A stretch of DNA of 64,000 nucleotides from Pseudomonadota bacterium. Lineage in GTDB: Bacteria; Bdellovibrionota; Bdellovibrionia; Bdellovibrionales; Bdellovibrionaceae. Each line of letters begins with the position of its first letter. Position 1 is the first letter of the stretch. Below are positions 27,923-38,114 of the stretch, one piece after another. The stretch is from positions 96,001-160,000 of the forward strand of contig JBEGVH010000030.1 of the NCBI GenBank assembly GCA_041178425.1. Reading direction: 5' to 3'. Below the pieces are notes generated by a model. It was given only the letters and a program-made list of their open reading frames with translations, made no database searches and was not told the DNA's origin. The position numbers were made by a program, and so were the translations under genes.

Positions 27923-28645
27923 TCAAATACGTGTTTCGATTTCTCCGCTTACCGAGGAACCTTCTTCCCATCGACCATCCTGCATTCGCAAGACCCGCGG
28001 AAAACGCTCGGCAAATTTACTATCGTGAGTCACCACCACGAGGGTTACCTTCATTTGCTCCGCTAACTCAAAAAACAAATCCTGAATCATCAAACCGTTT
28101 TTGGAATCGAGATTTCCCGTTGGCTCATCTGCAAAAAGAATCTCAGGATCATTGACTAGAGCTCTCGCAATAGCCACACGCTGAGCCTCTCCGCCACTCA
28201 ACTGGCTTGGAAAGTGATGCAACCGATGCGACAAACCCATCTTATTTAAAAGAATGTCAGCTTTTTGCTTGGCCGCCTCGTGAGATAAGCCTCCCAATCG
28301 AGCAGGCAAGAGGACGTTTTCAAGAGCCGAAAACTCCGCCAGAAGATGATGAAATTGAAAAACAAAACCCAAAGATTTATTGCGATATCGCGCCAAGGCC
28401 TCATCACCGAGCTTAAAGATATTATTTGAACGAAATTGGACCTCTCCGGCATCTGGAGCATCCAATGCTCCAAGAATGTGCAATAGCGTGCTCTTACCTG
28501 CACCCGAAGCCCCAACAATACACAGTGCCTCGCTCCGCCGAATCTCGAGATCAACTCCCTTCAAAATGTGAAGCTGCCCCGCCCCCTGAGCGTAACTTTT
28601 ATGAAGACCTCGAGCTGTTAAGATTACTTCTTTCGCATCACTCAT
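27923..28645 (-). CDS. lolD: Lipoprotein-releasing ABC transporter ATPase
   Basis: GASGAGKS, FVFQFHHLL, LSGGE, ADEPTGNLD. Confidence 0.9.
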   Translation of the reverse strand: MSDAKEVILTARGLHKSYAQGAGQLHILKGVDLEIRRSEALCIVGASGAGKSTLLHILGALDAPDAGEVQFRSNNIFKLGDEALARYRNKSLGFVFQFHHLLAEFSALENVLLPARLGGLSHEAAKQKADILLNKMGLSHRLHHFPSQLSGGEAQRVAIARALVNDPEILFADEPTGNLDSKNGLMIQDLFFELAEQMKVTLVVVTHDSKFAERFPRVLRMQDGRWEEGSSVSGEIETRI

Positions 28646-29858
28646 ACCTTAACCCCTCCACTGGCTTCAGCTCAGCTCCACGCCAAGCAGGTGCCAGTGT
28701 CGATATAAAACAAATTAACATCGTAACCAAAAAGATAGTAACCAAGTCACCCATTCGAATTTGCACGGCAATGCTATCGACATTATAAACACTACCATCG
28801 ATCACACCCATATTTTTTTGTAGCAAGACGAAAACTCCGCAGAAAACTAAGCCTAATAAAAAACCAAGAAAATTTCCAATCGCACCAATCAATAATCCCT
28901 GCGAGAAGAACACTCTCCTGATCCAGCGAGGAGTGGCTCCCATTGCTTTCAAAACTCCAATGTCAGAATAGCGCTGAACAACATTGATAAACAAAGTGCT
29001 AGAAATATTGAGCGCCGCAACGATGACCATAATCAGTAGCACAATAAATAAAATCGGTTTTTCAACTTTTACAGCTTCAAAGAGGTTATCATCTTCCCAG
29101 TCCTGCACCCAGTAATTGGGACCCAAATCGGCGCTTAGATCGAGCCCAAAAGAGCGAGCCCTCTGGCTATCTTTAATCTTCACCATCAACCCCAGGTATT
29201 TGCTTCCCAAGTCGGCGAACTCTTGCGCGTGCTTTAAATCAGCCACCAGATAACGTTCGTTGTATTGGTGCTTTCCTAAATCAACCACACCCATGACCTT
29301 GAACTGCCCCATTTTCCGCTTGAAATCGACCGGACGAAGATCGTTTGCAATGGGCATCACTAGCCTAAAAACATCGCCCACTCGGAGATTAAAATTATGA
29401 GCAAATCCCTTACCCACAACCACACCCATCACATCTTCTTCTTTTGTAAACTTATACTCACCTTCGATGATTCGCTTTCGAATTCCCAAGTGCTCGGAGG
29501 ATAATGCGGCATCAACCCCCTGTATGATAACTCCCTGAAGTCGCCCCTTGTGGGCCGCGACGGCCTCCACCATAACAAAGGGAACAGTTGCCGTTATATC
29601 TGGAACAATACTTTTTAACTTGGCTTCAAATTGATCTGGAGCTTCAACTTGTCGCCCTTGTTTAAAAACAACAAGATGCCCACGAACGTCGATAATTGCT
29701 TCTTTGAGTGTTGTTTCAAATCCGCTGATGACGGCCATGGCCACCATCATACTGGCAACACCCAAAATCAAACCAACAAAAGAAAACCAAGAGGCAATCC
29801 CTGCCTTTTTCTGACCTGAACGAAGGGTTCGAAAAGCAACCCAAACCCAAGGGCTCAC
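28638..29858 (-). CDS. Lipoprotein-releasing ABC transporter permease (LolC/E family)
   Basis: FtsX-like topology, IGVLKAMGA, PVEGLRYE end; GTG start overlaps the prfB TGA. Confidence 0.88.
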   Translation of the reverse strand: MSPWVWVAFRTLRSGQKKAGIASWFSFVGLILGVASMMVAMAVISGFETTLKEAIIDVRGHLVVFKQGRQVEAPDQFEAKLKSIVPDITATVPFVMVEAVAAHKGRLQGVIIQGVDAALSSEHLGIRKRIIEGEYKFTKEEDVMGVVVGKGFAHNFNLRVGDVFRLVMPIANDLRPVDFKRKMGQFKVMGVVDLGKHQYNERYLVADLKHAQEFADLGSKYLGLMVKIKDSQRARSFGLDLSADLGPNYWVQDWEDDNLFEAVKVEKPILFIVLLIMVIVAALNISSTLFINVVQRYSDIGVLKAMGATPRWIRRVFFSQGLLIGAIGNFLGFLLGLVFCGVFVLLQKNMGVIDGSVYNVDSIAVQIRMGDLVTIFLVTMLICFISTLAPAWRGAELKPVEGLRYE

Positions 29859-30998
29859 GCTTTGGCCTCCGAAGCACTGGTTACGGCCGTCATTTGAGCT
29901 TTAAGATAAGCCATAATAAATCCGTCAATGTCTCCATCCATCACATCATCAACTTGAGAGGTTTCAAAGTCGGTGCGATGATCTTTCACCATATGATAAG
30001 GATGCATCACATAGGAGCGAATCTGACTTCCCCACTCATTGGCCATCTTTTGAGACTCCATAGCCTCTTTTGCTTGATTTCGGGCTTCGACTTCTTTTTC
30101 GTAAAGGGCCGCTTTTAGCATTTTAATAGCTCGCTCGCGGTTCTGAATTTGACTTCGTTCACTTTGACACTGAACAATTATGCCAGAAGGAATGTGAGTC
30201 ATACGAACGGCAGAATCTGTTCGGTTTACGTGCTGCCCTCCAGCGCCACCTGCTCGATAGGTATCAACTTTGACGTCTTCCATCTTGAGATCAATTTTAA
30301 TATCATCATCTACTTCTGCCCATGCAAAAACAGAAGCAAAGCTCGTGTGCCTTCTAGCATTAGAGTCAAACGGAGAAATGCGAACCAATCGATGAACGCC
30401 TGATTCAGCTTTTAAATAGCCATAGGCATAGGGACCCTGAATTTGAATCGTCACCGATTTGATTCCAGCTCCTTCACCCTCGGTCATCTCTAAAATTTCA
30501 GTGGAATAGCCATGATTCTCGGCATAACGCAGGTACATTCTCATGAGCATAGATGCCCAGTCACAAGACTCTGTCCCGCCGGCCCCAGAATTAATCGTCA
30601 AATAAGTGCCATTCGCATCTAGCTCGCCACTCAACACTCGCTTTAACTCAAGATCTCTGCCTACTTTTTCAAGAGAGCCAACTTCAGTCTTTGCCTCTTG
30701 AAAAGTGGCCTCATCCTGCGCTTCAAAGGCCATTTCTAATAGAACCTGAACATCTTCTACACGATTATGAAAGCTTTGATATTCTTCGACAGCTTTTTCT
30801 AGAAAGGCTTTTTCCTTGTTAAGCTTTTGCATCTCTGCTGGCTTATTCCAAAGATCAGGATTCTCCGCGGCCAAGGCTATTTCCTGTAGTCGACGTTGCT
30901 TTTTATCAACGTCAAAGATACCCCCGAATTTCGGTAGTTAATTCTTTTAGTTTGGTGATTTTCATTTTAATTTCATAAGATTCTGTGACTAAAGACAC
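29855..30998 (-). CDS. prfB: Peptide chain release factor 2, with programmed +1 frameshift
   Basis: GTG 30998 after AGGAG; 28 codons to ...RGYL, then CTT TGA C; the +1 frame continues DVDKKQ... and contains SPF and GGQ. Confidence 0.96.
30911..30926 (-). promoter_or_regulatory. prfB +1 frameshift cassette
   Basis: CGGGGG-TAT-CTT-TGA-C: internal SD-like run, slippery codon and UGA. Confidence 0.93.
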
Positions 30999-31059
30999 GA
31001 CGAACTCCTAATCTAAAAAGCCTCTCAAGAATGCATCAAGTCCAAGGACGAGACAAATC

Positions 31060-31503
31060 TCAATTCCAAAACTTGCGACACAGCTTATCAAAGATATCGT
31101 CTTGCAACTCAAACATGAGTCGAGCCTCTTTTTTGCTCCGCTCATGATCAAAACCTAAAAGATGCAAAACCCCATGCAGAAGCATATAACCTAATTCTTG
31201 CTGAAAAGAGAGCGAATGCTCAATAGATTGTCTTTTAACCACTTCAGGACAAATCACTAATTCGCCGAGAACTCCGGGAACGCCTCCATCAAAACTCAAT
31301 ACGTCGGTGGCATAATTTTTATTTCGGAATTGCAGATTCAATTTTTTTGCGGGCCCAGACGACATAAAAACAATTGTCAGCTCCTGAGGCCTGCGGCCTA
31401 AGATTTTTCTCTTTATTAATTCAGATTCCACCGCCCTCAACCACGCATTGATAAATAATCTCGGCATTCGCGTTGATGAAGTATTGATGAGATTAAAGTT
31501 CAA
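31060..31503 (-). CDS. ybeY: rRNA maturation endoribonuclease YbeY
   Basis: ATDVLSF, HGVLHLLGFDH; TTG start. Confidence 0.93.
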   Translation of the reverse strand: MNFNLINTSSTRMPRLFINAWLRAVESELIKRKILGRRPQELTIVFMSSGPAKKLNLQFRNKNYATDVLSFDGGVPGVLGELVICPEVVKRQSIEHSLSFQQELGYMLLHGVLHLLGFDHERSKKEARLMFELQDDIFDKLCRKFWN

Positions 31504-31651
31504 AGAACCCCCTCGACAGACAATCCTATTCGAATCTTTATGATGGCATTTTACTTGAAAACTTCTACTAAATCCACTCCAACCTCAAATTAGTTGCCGC
31601 CGCCAACTAAGGTTATTAAATTAAAGTCGAAAAACATTGGAGATACCTCTT

Positions 31652-32509
31652 ATGAATAAGTTAGTATTGGTCACCGGTGCAACCTCTGGATTTGGAAATG
31701 GTTTGGTCAAGAAACTTCTCGAGAGGGGATGCAGAGTCATTGCCACAGGACGAAATCTATCTCATCGACCAGATATTTTCTCAGAAGAAAGAAGTAGATT
31801 TAGTCATGCCCTCCAGGAATTAGACCTCGATGTCACCATCAGCGCTGAAAGAATAAAAGCGGTGGAGTTTGCCGAAAAGATGGGTGGCATCGACGTATTG
31901 ATTAATAATGCGGGCTACGGTCTTTTTGGCCCTCTCGAGGATGCTAGCGACTCAAAGATGCGAGATCAATTTGAGGTCAATTTTTTCGGGCCAGCCCAAC
32001 TGATACGTGATTTTCTTCCGCAATTACGGAAACAGAGTGGAACCATTATTAATCTCTCAAGCGTTCTGGGATTCGTTGGTTTTCCAATGGCGAGTCTCTA
32101 CTGCGCTAGCAAATTTGCAATTGAAGGATTATCAGAGTCTCTGGCTTATGAACTAGCCCCACACGGAGTAAAGGTAGTATTAATACAGCCCGGTGGATAC
32201 AAAACTAGTTTTAGCGGTAAAACCCAGTGGACCTTCAGTGGAGATAATCCAAGCCTTCATTACTCTCAACAAATCTCTGGGTATCGTCGAATGAGAGATC
32301 GGCAAAACCAAAGTCTCTTTTACCAAAACCCTGATGACGTTACTGAAGGCATTTTGAATCTTCTTGCTAATAAAAATTTTAAGATGAGAAATACTTTTGG
32401 CCAAGATGCCCAAGTCTCAAGATTTTTTCGAGCCTTACTGCCTCGGGAGTGGTTTCACTTAATTGCAACAAAAATTTATTCTTATGTGTTCATTCATAAG
32501 AATAAATAA
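31652..32509 (+). CDS. Short-chain dehydrogenase/reductase
   Basis: TGATSGFG, NNAG, YCASK. Confidence 0.9.
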   Translation: MNKLVLVTGATSGFGNGLVKKLLERGCRVIATGRNLSHRPDIFSEERSRFSHALQELDLDVTISAERIKAVEFAEKMGGIDVLINNAGYGLFGPLEDASDSKMRDQFEVNFFGPAQLIRDFLPQLRKQSGTIINLSSVLGFVGFPMASLYCASKFAIEGLSESLAYELAPHGVKVVLIQPGGYKTSFSGKTQWTFSGDNPSLHYSQQISGYRRMRDRQNQSLFYQNPDDVTEGILNLLANKNFKMRNTFGQDAQVSRFFRALLPREWFHLIATKIYSYVFIHKNK

Positions 32510-32578
32510 GTTCTATCGGGCAATGAGTTACACTGGATTGAAGTTTCCATTACACACATCAATTTTGCGCATTCAAAC

Positions 32579-32607
32579 TCGACTTCGAGGAAAGCCTCTC
32601 GTATAAG
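32579..32607 (+). promoter_or_regulatory. Putative sigma70 promoter, possibly giving a leaderless mRNA
   Basis: TCGACT-N17-TATAAG, 7 nt before ATG 32615. Confidence 0.45.
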
Positions 32608-32614
32608 AATTTTT

Positions 32615-34108
32615 ATGAAAGCCTATCAAACGATCGAAAAACAGTTTTCTCGAATCAGCTCTTTAGACCACGCCAACGCCATTCTCAGTTGGGATGAAGC
32701 TGCAATGATGCCAGCGGGAGCTGGTGATGCGCGCGCCATTGCCTTGGCTGAACTCAAGGTGTTAAAACACGAAATACTTGTTTCGGCACAATTATTCGAA
32801 AATTTGCAGATGGCCGAACAGGAAGCTTCTTCGCTCAGTGGATGGCAAAGATCCAACCTTCGAGAAATCAAACAAATGATTCTCAACGCTCGAGCCGTCT
32901 CAAGAGACCTCGTAGAGGCTGCTTCCCTGGCAAATTCTCGCTGCGAGCAAGCCTGGAGGGGCCTAAGGGCAGATAACAATTGGAAGGATTTTCTTCCGTT
33001 GTTTGAAAAAGTGGTTTCTCTAAGCAGAGAGGAAGCCTCTCAGAGATCGGCAAGTACCGGACTTGCGCCCTACGACAGCCTTTTAGATCAATTTAATCCG
33101 GGACTGACCTCACTGGAAGTGACTCAACTATTTGATCAGGTAAAATCATTTCTTCCTGATTTAATTCAGAGGGTCGTTGAAAAACAGAAAAGCCTACAAA
33201 TCATTGAACCAGCAATAAGCATTCCGATAGAACAACAGAAAAAATTGGGTTTAGACGTCATGAAGACCCTTGGTTTTGATTTTAATCACGGACGACTCGA
33301 CGTGAGCCATCATCCTTTTTGTGGCGGTGTTCCTCAAGATGTTCGGATTACAACTCGATACAATACCTCAAATTTTATTGAAAGCCTTATGGGGGTCATC
33401 CACGAAACAGGTCATGCTTGCTACGAGCAAGGACTACCAAAAGAATGGGGCCAACAGCCCGTAGGCATGGCCCGTGGGATGCACATTCACGAAAGCCAAA
33501 GCCTTCTGTATGAGATCTTCGTTGGTCGCAGCAAAAGCTTTTTAGAATTCCTTCACCCCTTGATCTGTAAATATCTCGGAATGATAGAGGATTCGACTTG
33601 GTCCAAAGAAAATCTCTACAACTTATTTAACAGGGTTAAGCCTGATTTTATTCGCGTTAATGCCGATGAAGTGACCTACCCGGCCCACGTTGTTTTGCGG
33701 TATGAGATTGAACGAGATCTCATCAGTCGAAACATCGAGCCGTCCGACATTCCAGAGTTGTGGAATGAAAAGATGAGTGCTTATTTAGGACTTGATACCA
33801 GAGGAAACTATAAAAATGGATGTATGCAAGATATGCATTGGCCAGCGGGTGCATTTGGCTATTTTCCAAGCTATTCACTCGGCGCAATGACAGCAGCACA
33901 GCTCTTTGCCTCCATTGAAAAAGTCATCCCGAATATCCATTCCTTGATTAGCCAGGGGGATTTAGCCCCCTTACAACAATGGCTTAAGGGTCATATCTGG
34001 TCGCAGGGGTGTTTTTCTTCAACGAATGAGCTTCTGGTGCACGCCACCGGCGAGCAATTAAAACCTAGTTTTTTTAAAGAACACATCGAAAGAAAGTATT
34101 TGGCTTAG
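32615..34108 (+). CDS. Carboxypeptidase M32 family
   Basis: HPFC, DVRITT, HETGH (HExxH), HESQS, IRVNADE, QDMHW, GYFPSY. Confidence 0.95.
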   Translation: MKAYQTIEKQFSRISSLDHANAILSWDEAAMMPAGAGDARAIALAELKVLKHEILVSAQLFENLQMAEQEASSLSGWQRSNLREIKQMILNARAVSRDLVEAASLANSRCEQAWRGLRADNNWKDFLPLFEKVVSLSREEASQRSASTGLAPYDSLLDQFNPGLTSLEVTQLFDQVKSFLPDLIQRVVEKQKSLQIIEPAISIPIEQQKKLGLDVMKTLGFDFNHGRLDVSHHPFCGGVPQDVRITTRYNTSNFIESLMGVIHETGHACYEQGLPKEWGQQPVGMARGMHIHESQSLLYEIFVGRSKSFLEFLHPLICKYLGMIEDSTWSKENLYNLFNRVKPDFIRVNADEVTYPAHVVLRYEIERDLISRNIEPSDIPELWNEKMSAYLGLDTRGNYKNGCMQDMHWPAGAFGYFPSYSLGAMTAAQLFASIEKVIPNIHSLISQGDLAPLQQWLKGHIWSQGCFSSTNELLVHATGEQLKPSFFKEHIERKYLA

Positions 34109-34114
34109 ACTTAT

Positions 34115-34179
34115 GGGGTTATGAGCCCTTCGCAGCAAAAGAAGTTTGCATGTGAGAAGAGAATGGGGCGCATAGCCCC
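34115..34179. repeat. 65-nt imperfect nested palindrome
   Basis: Outer stem GGGGTTATGAGCCC / GGGCGCATAGCCCC; inner stems TTCGCA/TGTGAG and GCAAA/TTTGC. Confidence 0.6.
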
Positions 34180-34254
34180 TTCACGTATCCAGACATTTGC
34201 CAGCACTCTAATGATAGGTCATGCTTAGATTACTGAAACAAATAAGAGGTGTTT

Positions 34255-34707
34255 ATGGCTCAAATGCAGTCGAAAATTCGATGGGTTTCTAAATTATTAT
34301 ACCAAGGGGAATCTCGCGACCACCGTGTTTTAATGGACGCAAAGAAAGACTCCGGCGGGCAAGATCTAGGAATGACACCAAAAGAATTGGTGCTCACCGG
34401 GCTCTGTGGATGCACGGGAATGGATGTTATTAGCCTCTTAACGTCTAAATTCAAACTACCAGTCACCCTCTGCGAGGTAGAAGCAAATGCAACCCCGAGT
34501 GAAGGTGGACACCCCGTTGTTTGGACCAAAATCGAATTAAACTTTTTAATTAACGGTGAAATTCCAGAAGAGCAAGCGCGCAAAGCTGTTGAACTGTCCA
34601 TGACACGTTATTGTGGTGTAAGCGCGATGCTATCAAAGGCGTGCCCAATACTATACAACATCCATCTGAACGGACAAATCATTGCTTCGGGAGAAGCTAA
34701 ATTCTAA
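34255..34707 (+). CDS. OsmC family protein (YhfA-like)
   Basis: PKEL...CGCTGMDV and YCGVS, giving two conserved Cys positions. Confidence 0.88.
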   Translation: MAQMQSKIRWVSKLLYQGESRDHRVLMDAKKDSGGQDLGMTPKELVLTGLCGCTGMDVISLLTSKFKLPVTLCEVEANATPSEGGHPVVWTKIELNFLINGEIPEEQARKAVELSMTRYCGVSAMLSKACPILYNIHLNGQIIASGEAKF

Positions 34708-34854
34708 ACCCCACCATTTATTCCGAGAATAAACTGTGTGTAACAATATGTAGCCGATTGTGGGTAAAATAAGCTTGAAGCTGAGGAACGCAACGAAGTA
34801 TTGCATACCCTATGCCTCGAGAGTGGCGCTCGATTATTTACGAGGCCTCTAAGC

Positions 34855-34887
34855 AAAAAAAAAGGAGGGATAACCCTCCTTTTTTTT
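34855..34887. terminator. Bidirectional intrinsic terminator ending the alpha operon
   Basis: A9-GGAGGG-ATAA-CCCTCC-T8. Confidence 0.88.
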
Positions 34888-34906
34888 GCTGGCACAACAA
34901 GATCAA

Positions 34907-35404
34907 TTAAGCGCGGTTTTCGCGTCTTGATTTCACTTGAATCTTAGTGCGAGTCTTCCTAGCCGCACGAAGTGCTGCCTTAGGCTTAGCTGCTGCAGTC
35001 TTCTTAACTTCGGCGCCTTTAGCCTTTTCAGCAGTCTTCCCTGCGAAATCATAGTCTACAAATTCAATGAACGCCATTTCGGCCATATCACCAGGACGCC
35101 TACCAAGCTTGATAATGCGAGTGTAACCACCGTTACGATCTTTAAAGCGAACAGAAAGATCATCTACGATAGTACTAACAACTTTATCCTGAGGATAGCG
35201 AGAAAGAATCAGTCTTCTCGCTGCAATTGTTCCTTTTTTACCAAGAGTAATTGCACGCTCTACGTGTCTTCTTGTCTCTTTAGCTTTTTCAACAGTAGTT
35301 TTAATTCGTCCATGCTCAACAAGAGACTCTACGAGTCCTCTGATAAGGGCCTTTCTGGCACTTGGTTTACGACTAAAATGTTTTACTCGTCTTCTGTGTC
35401 TCAT
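34907..35404 (-). CDS. rplQ: 50S ribosomal protein L17 with Lys/Ala-rich C-terminal tail
   Basis: MRHR, IKTT, GGYTRI, GDMAEMA. Confidence 0.97.
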   Translation of the reverse strand: MRHRRRVKHFSRKPSARKALIRGLVESLVEHGRIKTTVEKAKETRRHVERAITLGKKGTIAARRLILSRYPQDKVVSTIVDDLSVRFKDRNGGYTRIIKLGRRPGDMAEMAFIEFVDYDFAGKTAEKAKGAEVKKTAAAKPKAALRAARKTRTKIQVKSRRENRA

Positions 35405-35428
35405 TACTTACTCCAACAACCGAATTAA

Positions 35429-36463
35429 CTAATTTGTTTGTTCACGTTTAATCTGGGGGGCAGTGTTAGGATCCCAACCAGCTGGTGGCCATCCATCAAT
35501 CTTCATACCCAAGCCAAGGCCCATCTCTGAAAGAATTTCTTTAATTTCATTCAAAGACTTACGACCGAAGTTTTTAGTCTTAAGCATCTCTGCTTCAGTT
35601 CTAACAACAAGCTCACCGATAAAACGAATATTTGCGTTCTTCAAACAGTTTGCACTTCTTACTGATAGCTCAAGATCATCCACAGATCTAAACAAGTTCT
35701 CATTGAGACTTGCATTCTTGTGGTCCTTATACTCTTCCGTAGGCTCCATAGCTTCATCAAAAGTAAGGAAAATTTGAAGCTGATCTTTAAGGATCTTAGA
35801 CCCCAAAGCAACTGCCTCTTCTGGTTTCAATGAACCGTCTGTCCATACTTCAAAAGTAAGAGCATCAAAGTCCGTACGTTGACCAACACGAGCGTTAGAA
35901 ACGCTATAGTTGATCTTTTTGATTGGGCTAAAAAGAGAATCCATTGCGATAAAGCCTACTGGCAAATCACGCTCACGCTCGTCAGCCGCAACGTATCCAC
36001 GTCCGTAGCTAACAACGATCTCAACATTAAAGTTCGCGTTATCACCGAGTGTAGCAATCACTTGATGAGGATTCAAAACATCAACTTTATCGTTTGTTTG
36101 AATGTCCGCAGCAGTAACTTTTCCTGGACCTTTTTTGCTAATACGCAAAACTTGTTCTTCAGAAGTGTATTGTTTAAAACGCACTTCTTTAAAGTTAAGC
36201 ATAATATCAGTAACATCTTCCAAAACATCAGGAATTGTCGAGAACTCGTGTAGCACTCCTTCGAACTTTACAGCACTAACTGCAGAGCCCATCATAGAGC
36301 TGAGAAGAATTCTTCTCAATGAGTTACCAAGTGTAACACCAAAACCGCGTTCAAGAGGCTTTACGATGAAACGACCATAATCATCTCTCAATGAATCACG
36401 ATCAACTTCATATCCCTTTGGTTTAATCAAATCCTTCCAAAACAAATAATAGTGCTCTTGCAT
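35429..36463 (-). CDS. rpoA: RNA polymerase alpha subunit
   Basis: [37 protein letters not shown] 36463 follows GGAGG. Confidence 0.97.
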   Translation of the reverse strand: MQEHYYLFWKDLIKPKGYEVDRDSLRDDYGRFIVKPLERGFGVTLGNSLRRILLSSMMGSAVSAVKFEGVLHEFSTIPDVLEDVTDIMLNFKEVRFKQYTSEEQVLRISKKGPGKVTAADIQTNDKVDVLNPHQVIATLGDNANFNVEIVVSYGRGYVAADERERDLPVGFIAMDSLFSPIKKINYSVSNARVGQRTDFDALTFEVWTDGSLKPEEAVALGSKILKDQLQIFLTFDEAMEPTEEYKDHKNASLNENLFRSVDDLELSVRSANCLKNANIRFIGELVVRTEAEMLKTKNFGRKSLNEIKEILSEMGLGLGMKIDGWPPAGWDPNTAPQIKREQTN

Positions 36464-36482
36464 GGGACCTCCAATGTCACGC

Positions 36483-37109
36483 TTATCGAGAGTAGTACTC
36501 GACAATCATATTTTCTTCGACCGGCAAAGTAATCTCTTCTCTACCAGGCAAATCCTTAACTACGCCCTTAAGTGCACCAAGATCAGCCTCGAGCCATGCT
36601 GGGACAGTCTTTTTGCCAGCACTTTGCACAGAAGCCATGATACGAGCAGTTTCTTTGCTGCCAGTAGCAATCTCAATAACGTCACCTTTAGAAACAGAAT
36701 AGCTAGGAATATTAACCTTCTTACCATTAACTAATACGTGGCCATGGGACACAATTTGTTTCGCATCACGTCGTGATGCGGCAAAGCCCAATGTGGCAAC
36801 AACGTTATCTAGTCTCTGCTCAAGGTTCTTCAAAAGAGCCAAACCAGTAACTTCTTTAGCTTTTTCAGCCAACTCTACATAACGACGGAATTGCTTTTCA
36901 GAAACACCGTAATAGCGCTTAGTTTTTTGCTTTTCACGAAGCTGAAGAGCAAATTCAGAGAATTTCAAGCGAGATTGTCCGTGTTGTCCTGGAGGATAAG
37001 GTCTTCTTTCAAAGGCGCACTTATCAGTTAAACAGCGGTCTCCCTTAAGGAAGAGCTTAACGTTTTCTCGTCGACAGATTTTACATACACTCTTATTAAT
37101 ACAGCTCAC
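36483..37109 (-). CDS. rpsD: 30S ribosomal protein S4 (zinc-binding type)
   Basis: CKICRRE...C...C, PGQHG, QLREKQ, VEYYSR; GTG start. Confidence 0.97.
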   Translation of the reverse strand: MSCINKSVCKICRRENVKLFLKGDRCLTDKCAFERRPYPPGQHGQSRLKFSEFALQLREKQKTKRYYGVSEKQFRRYVELAEKAKEVTGLALLKNLEQRLDNVVATLGFAASRRDAKQIVSHGHVLVNGKKVNIPSYSVSKGDVIEIATGSKETARIMASVQSAGKKTVPAWLEADLGALKGVVKDLPGREEITLPVEENMIVEYYSR

Positions 37110-37118
37110 AATTCACCT

Positions 37119-37526
37119 CTAAATTCTTCTACGCTTAGGAGGACGGCATCCGTTATGGGGCACGGGAGTAACATCTTTCAAAAGGTTAACTCTCATTCCA
37201 AGACCCGCAAGCGCGCGAATAGCTGGCTCTCGTCCGGCACCTGGGCCATTCAAGAAAACATCAACTGATCGAACGCCCATTTCCATTGCTTTCTTTCCAG
37301 CATCTTCAGCCGTCACAGTAGCTGCAAAAGGCGTACCTTTACGGCTTCCTTTGAACCCTAAGTGACCTGCAGACGACCAAGCAAGTGTATCACCACCGCC
37401 ATCGGTAATGGTCACGATAACGTTACCAAAACCCGCCTGGATATAACAAAGGCCCTGAGATACAACTTTCTTAATTTTCTTTTTTACTTTTTTAGCATTA
37501 TCTTTAGCATTACCTGGAGTTGCCAT
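37119..37526 (-). CDS. rpsK: 30S ribosomal protein S11
   Basis: [20 protein letters not shown]. Confidence 0.97.
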   Translation of the reverse strand: MATPGNAKDNAKKVKKKIKKVVSQGLCYIQAGFGNVIVTITDGGGDTLAWSSAGHLGFKGSRKGTPFAATVTAEDAGKKAMEMGVRSVDVFLNGPGAGREPAIRALAGLGMRVNLLKDVTPVPHNGCRPPKRRRI

Positions 37527-37539
37527 CTTTCACCCTCTC

Positions 37540-37914
37540 TTATACAGCCTTTTTCTTATTAGCCACTGTCTTCTTAGGACCCTTACGTGTTCGGGCATTT
37601 GATCTTGTATTTTGACCACGAACTGGAAGTCCCTTACGGTGACGGATACCACGATAACAATTCAAGTCCATTAAACGCTTAATAGCGAGACCTACTTCAC
37701 GTCGCAAATCCCCTTCAACTTTGAAGGTAGATTCAATCAACGAACGAATCTTTGCAATATGCTCATCAGTCAAGTTATCAGTTCTTAGGCTCTCTGGAAT
37801 CCCAGCTTGAGCACAAACCCAACGAGCTCTTGGACGTCCGATACCAAAGATGTACGTCAAGGCAATCTCTACACGCTTATTTCTGGGCAAATCTACACCC
37901 GCTAAACGAGCCAT
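37540..37914 (-). CDS. rpsM: 30S ribosomal protein S13
   Basis: MARLAGV, YRGIRH, LPVRGQ. Confidence 0.97.
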   Translation of the reverse strand: MARLAGVDLPRNKRVEIALTYIFGIGRPRARWVCAQAGIPESLRTDNLTDEHIAKIRSLIESTFKVEGDLRREVGLAIKRLMDLNCYRGIRHRKGLPVRGQNTRSNARTRKGPKKTVANKKKAV

Positions 37915-37917
37915 TTC

Positions 37918-38031
37918 CTACCCCTGTCTCTGCTTATGTTTAGGGTTCTCGCAAATAACGCGAACGGCACCCTTACGTTTAATAATTTTACATTTACTAC
38001 AAATCTTTTTTACTGAAGGACGTACTTTCAT
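37918..38031 (-). CDS. rpmJ: 50S ribosomal protein L36 (not in the ORF track)
   Basis: Manual translation: [37 protein letters not shown]. Confidence 0.97.
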   Translation of the reverse strand: MKVRPSVKKICSKCKIIKRKGAVRVICENPKHKQRQG

Positions 38032-38114
38032 AGCTTTCCCACGTTTATTTATACAAATAAATTTTCACCGAATGGCCTCTTTACACTATTAAAAAATAAG
38101 TGTCCAGAAATATG

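Noticed and set aside
30875..30998. Apparently truncated or pseudogenised prfB
   Set aside because: Explained by the canonical programmed +1 frameshift.
34114..34179. Minus strand begins GGGGCTAT and ends CCCCA, reminiscent of tRNA-Ala or tmRNA
   Set aside because: No D-arm, T-arm (GTTCRA) or unpaired NCCA; it folds as a single rod.
34704..34895. 63-aa minus-strand ORF after rplQ
   Set aside because: Runs through the terminator hairpin and has no protein-like features.
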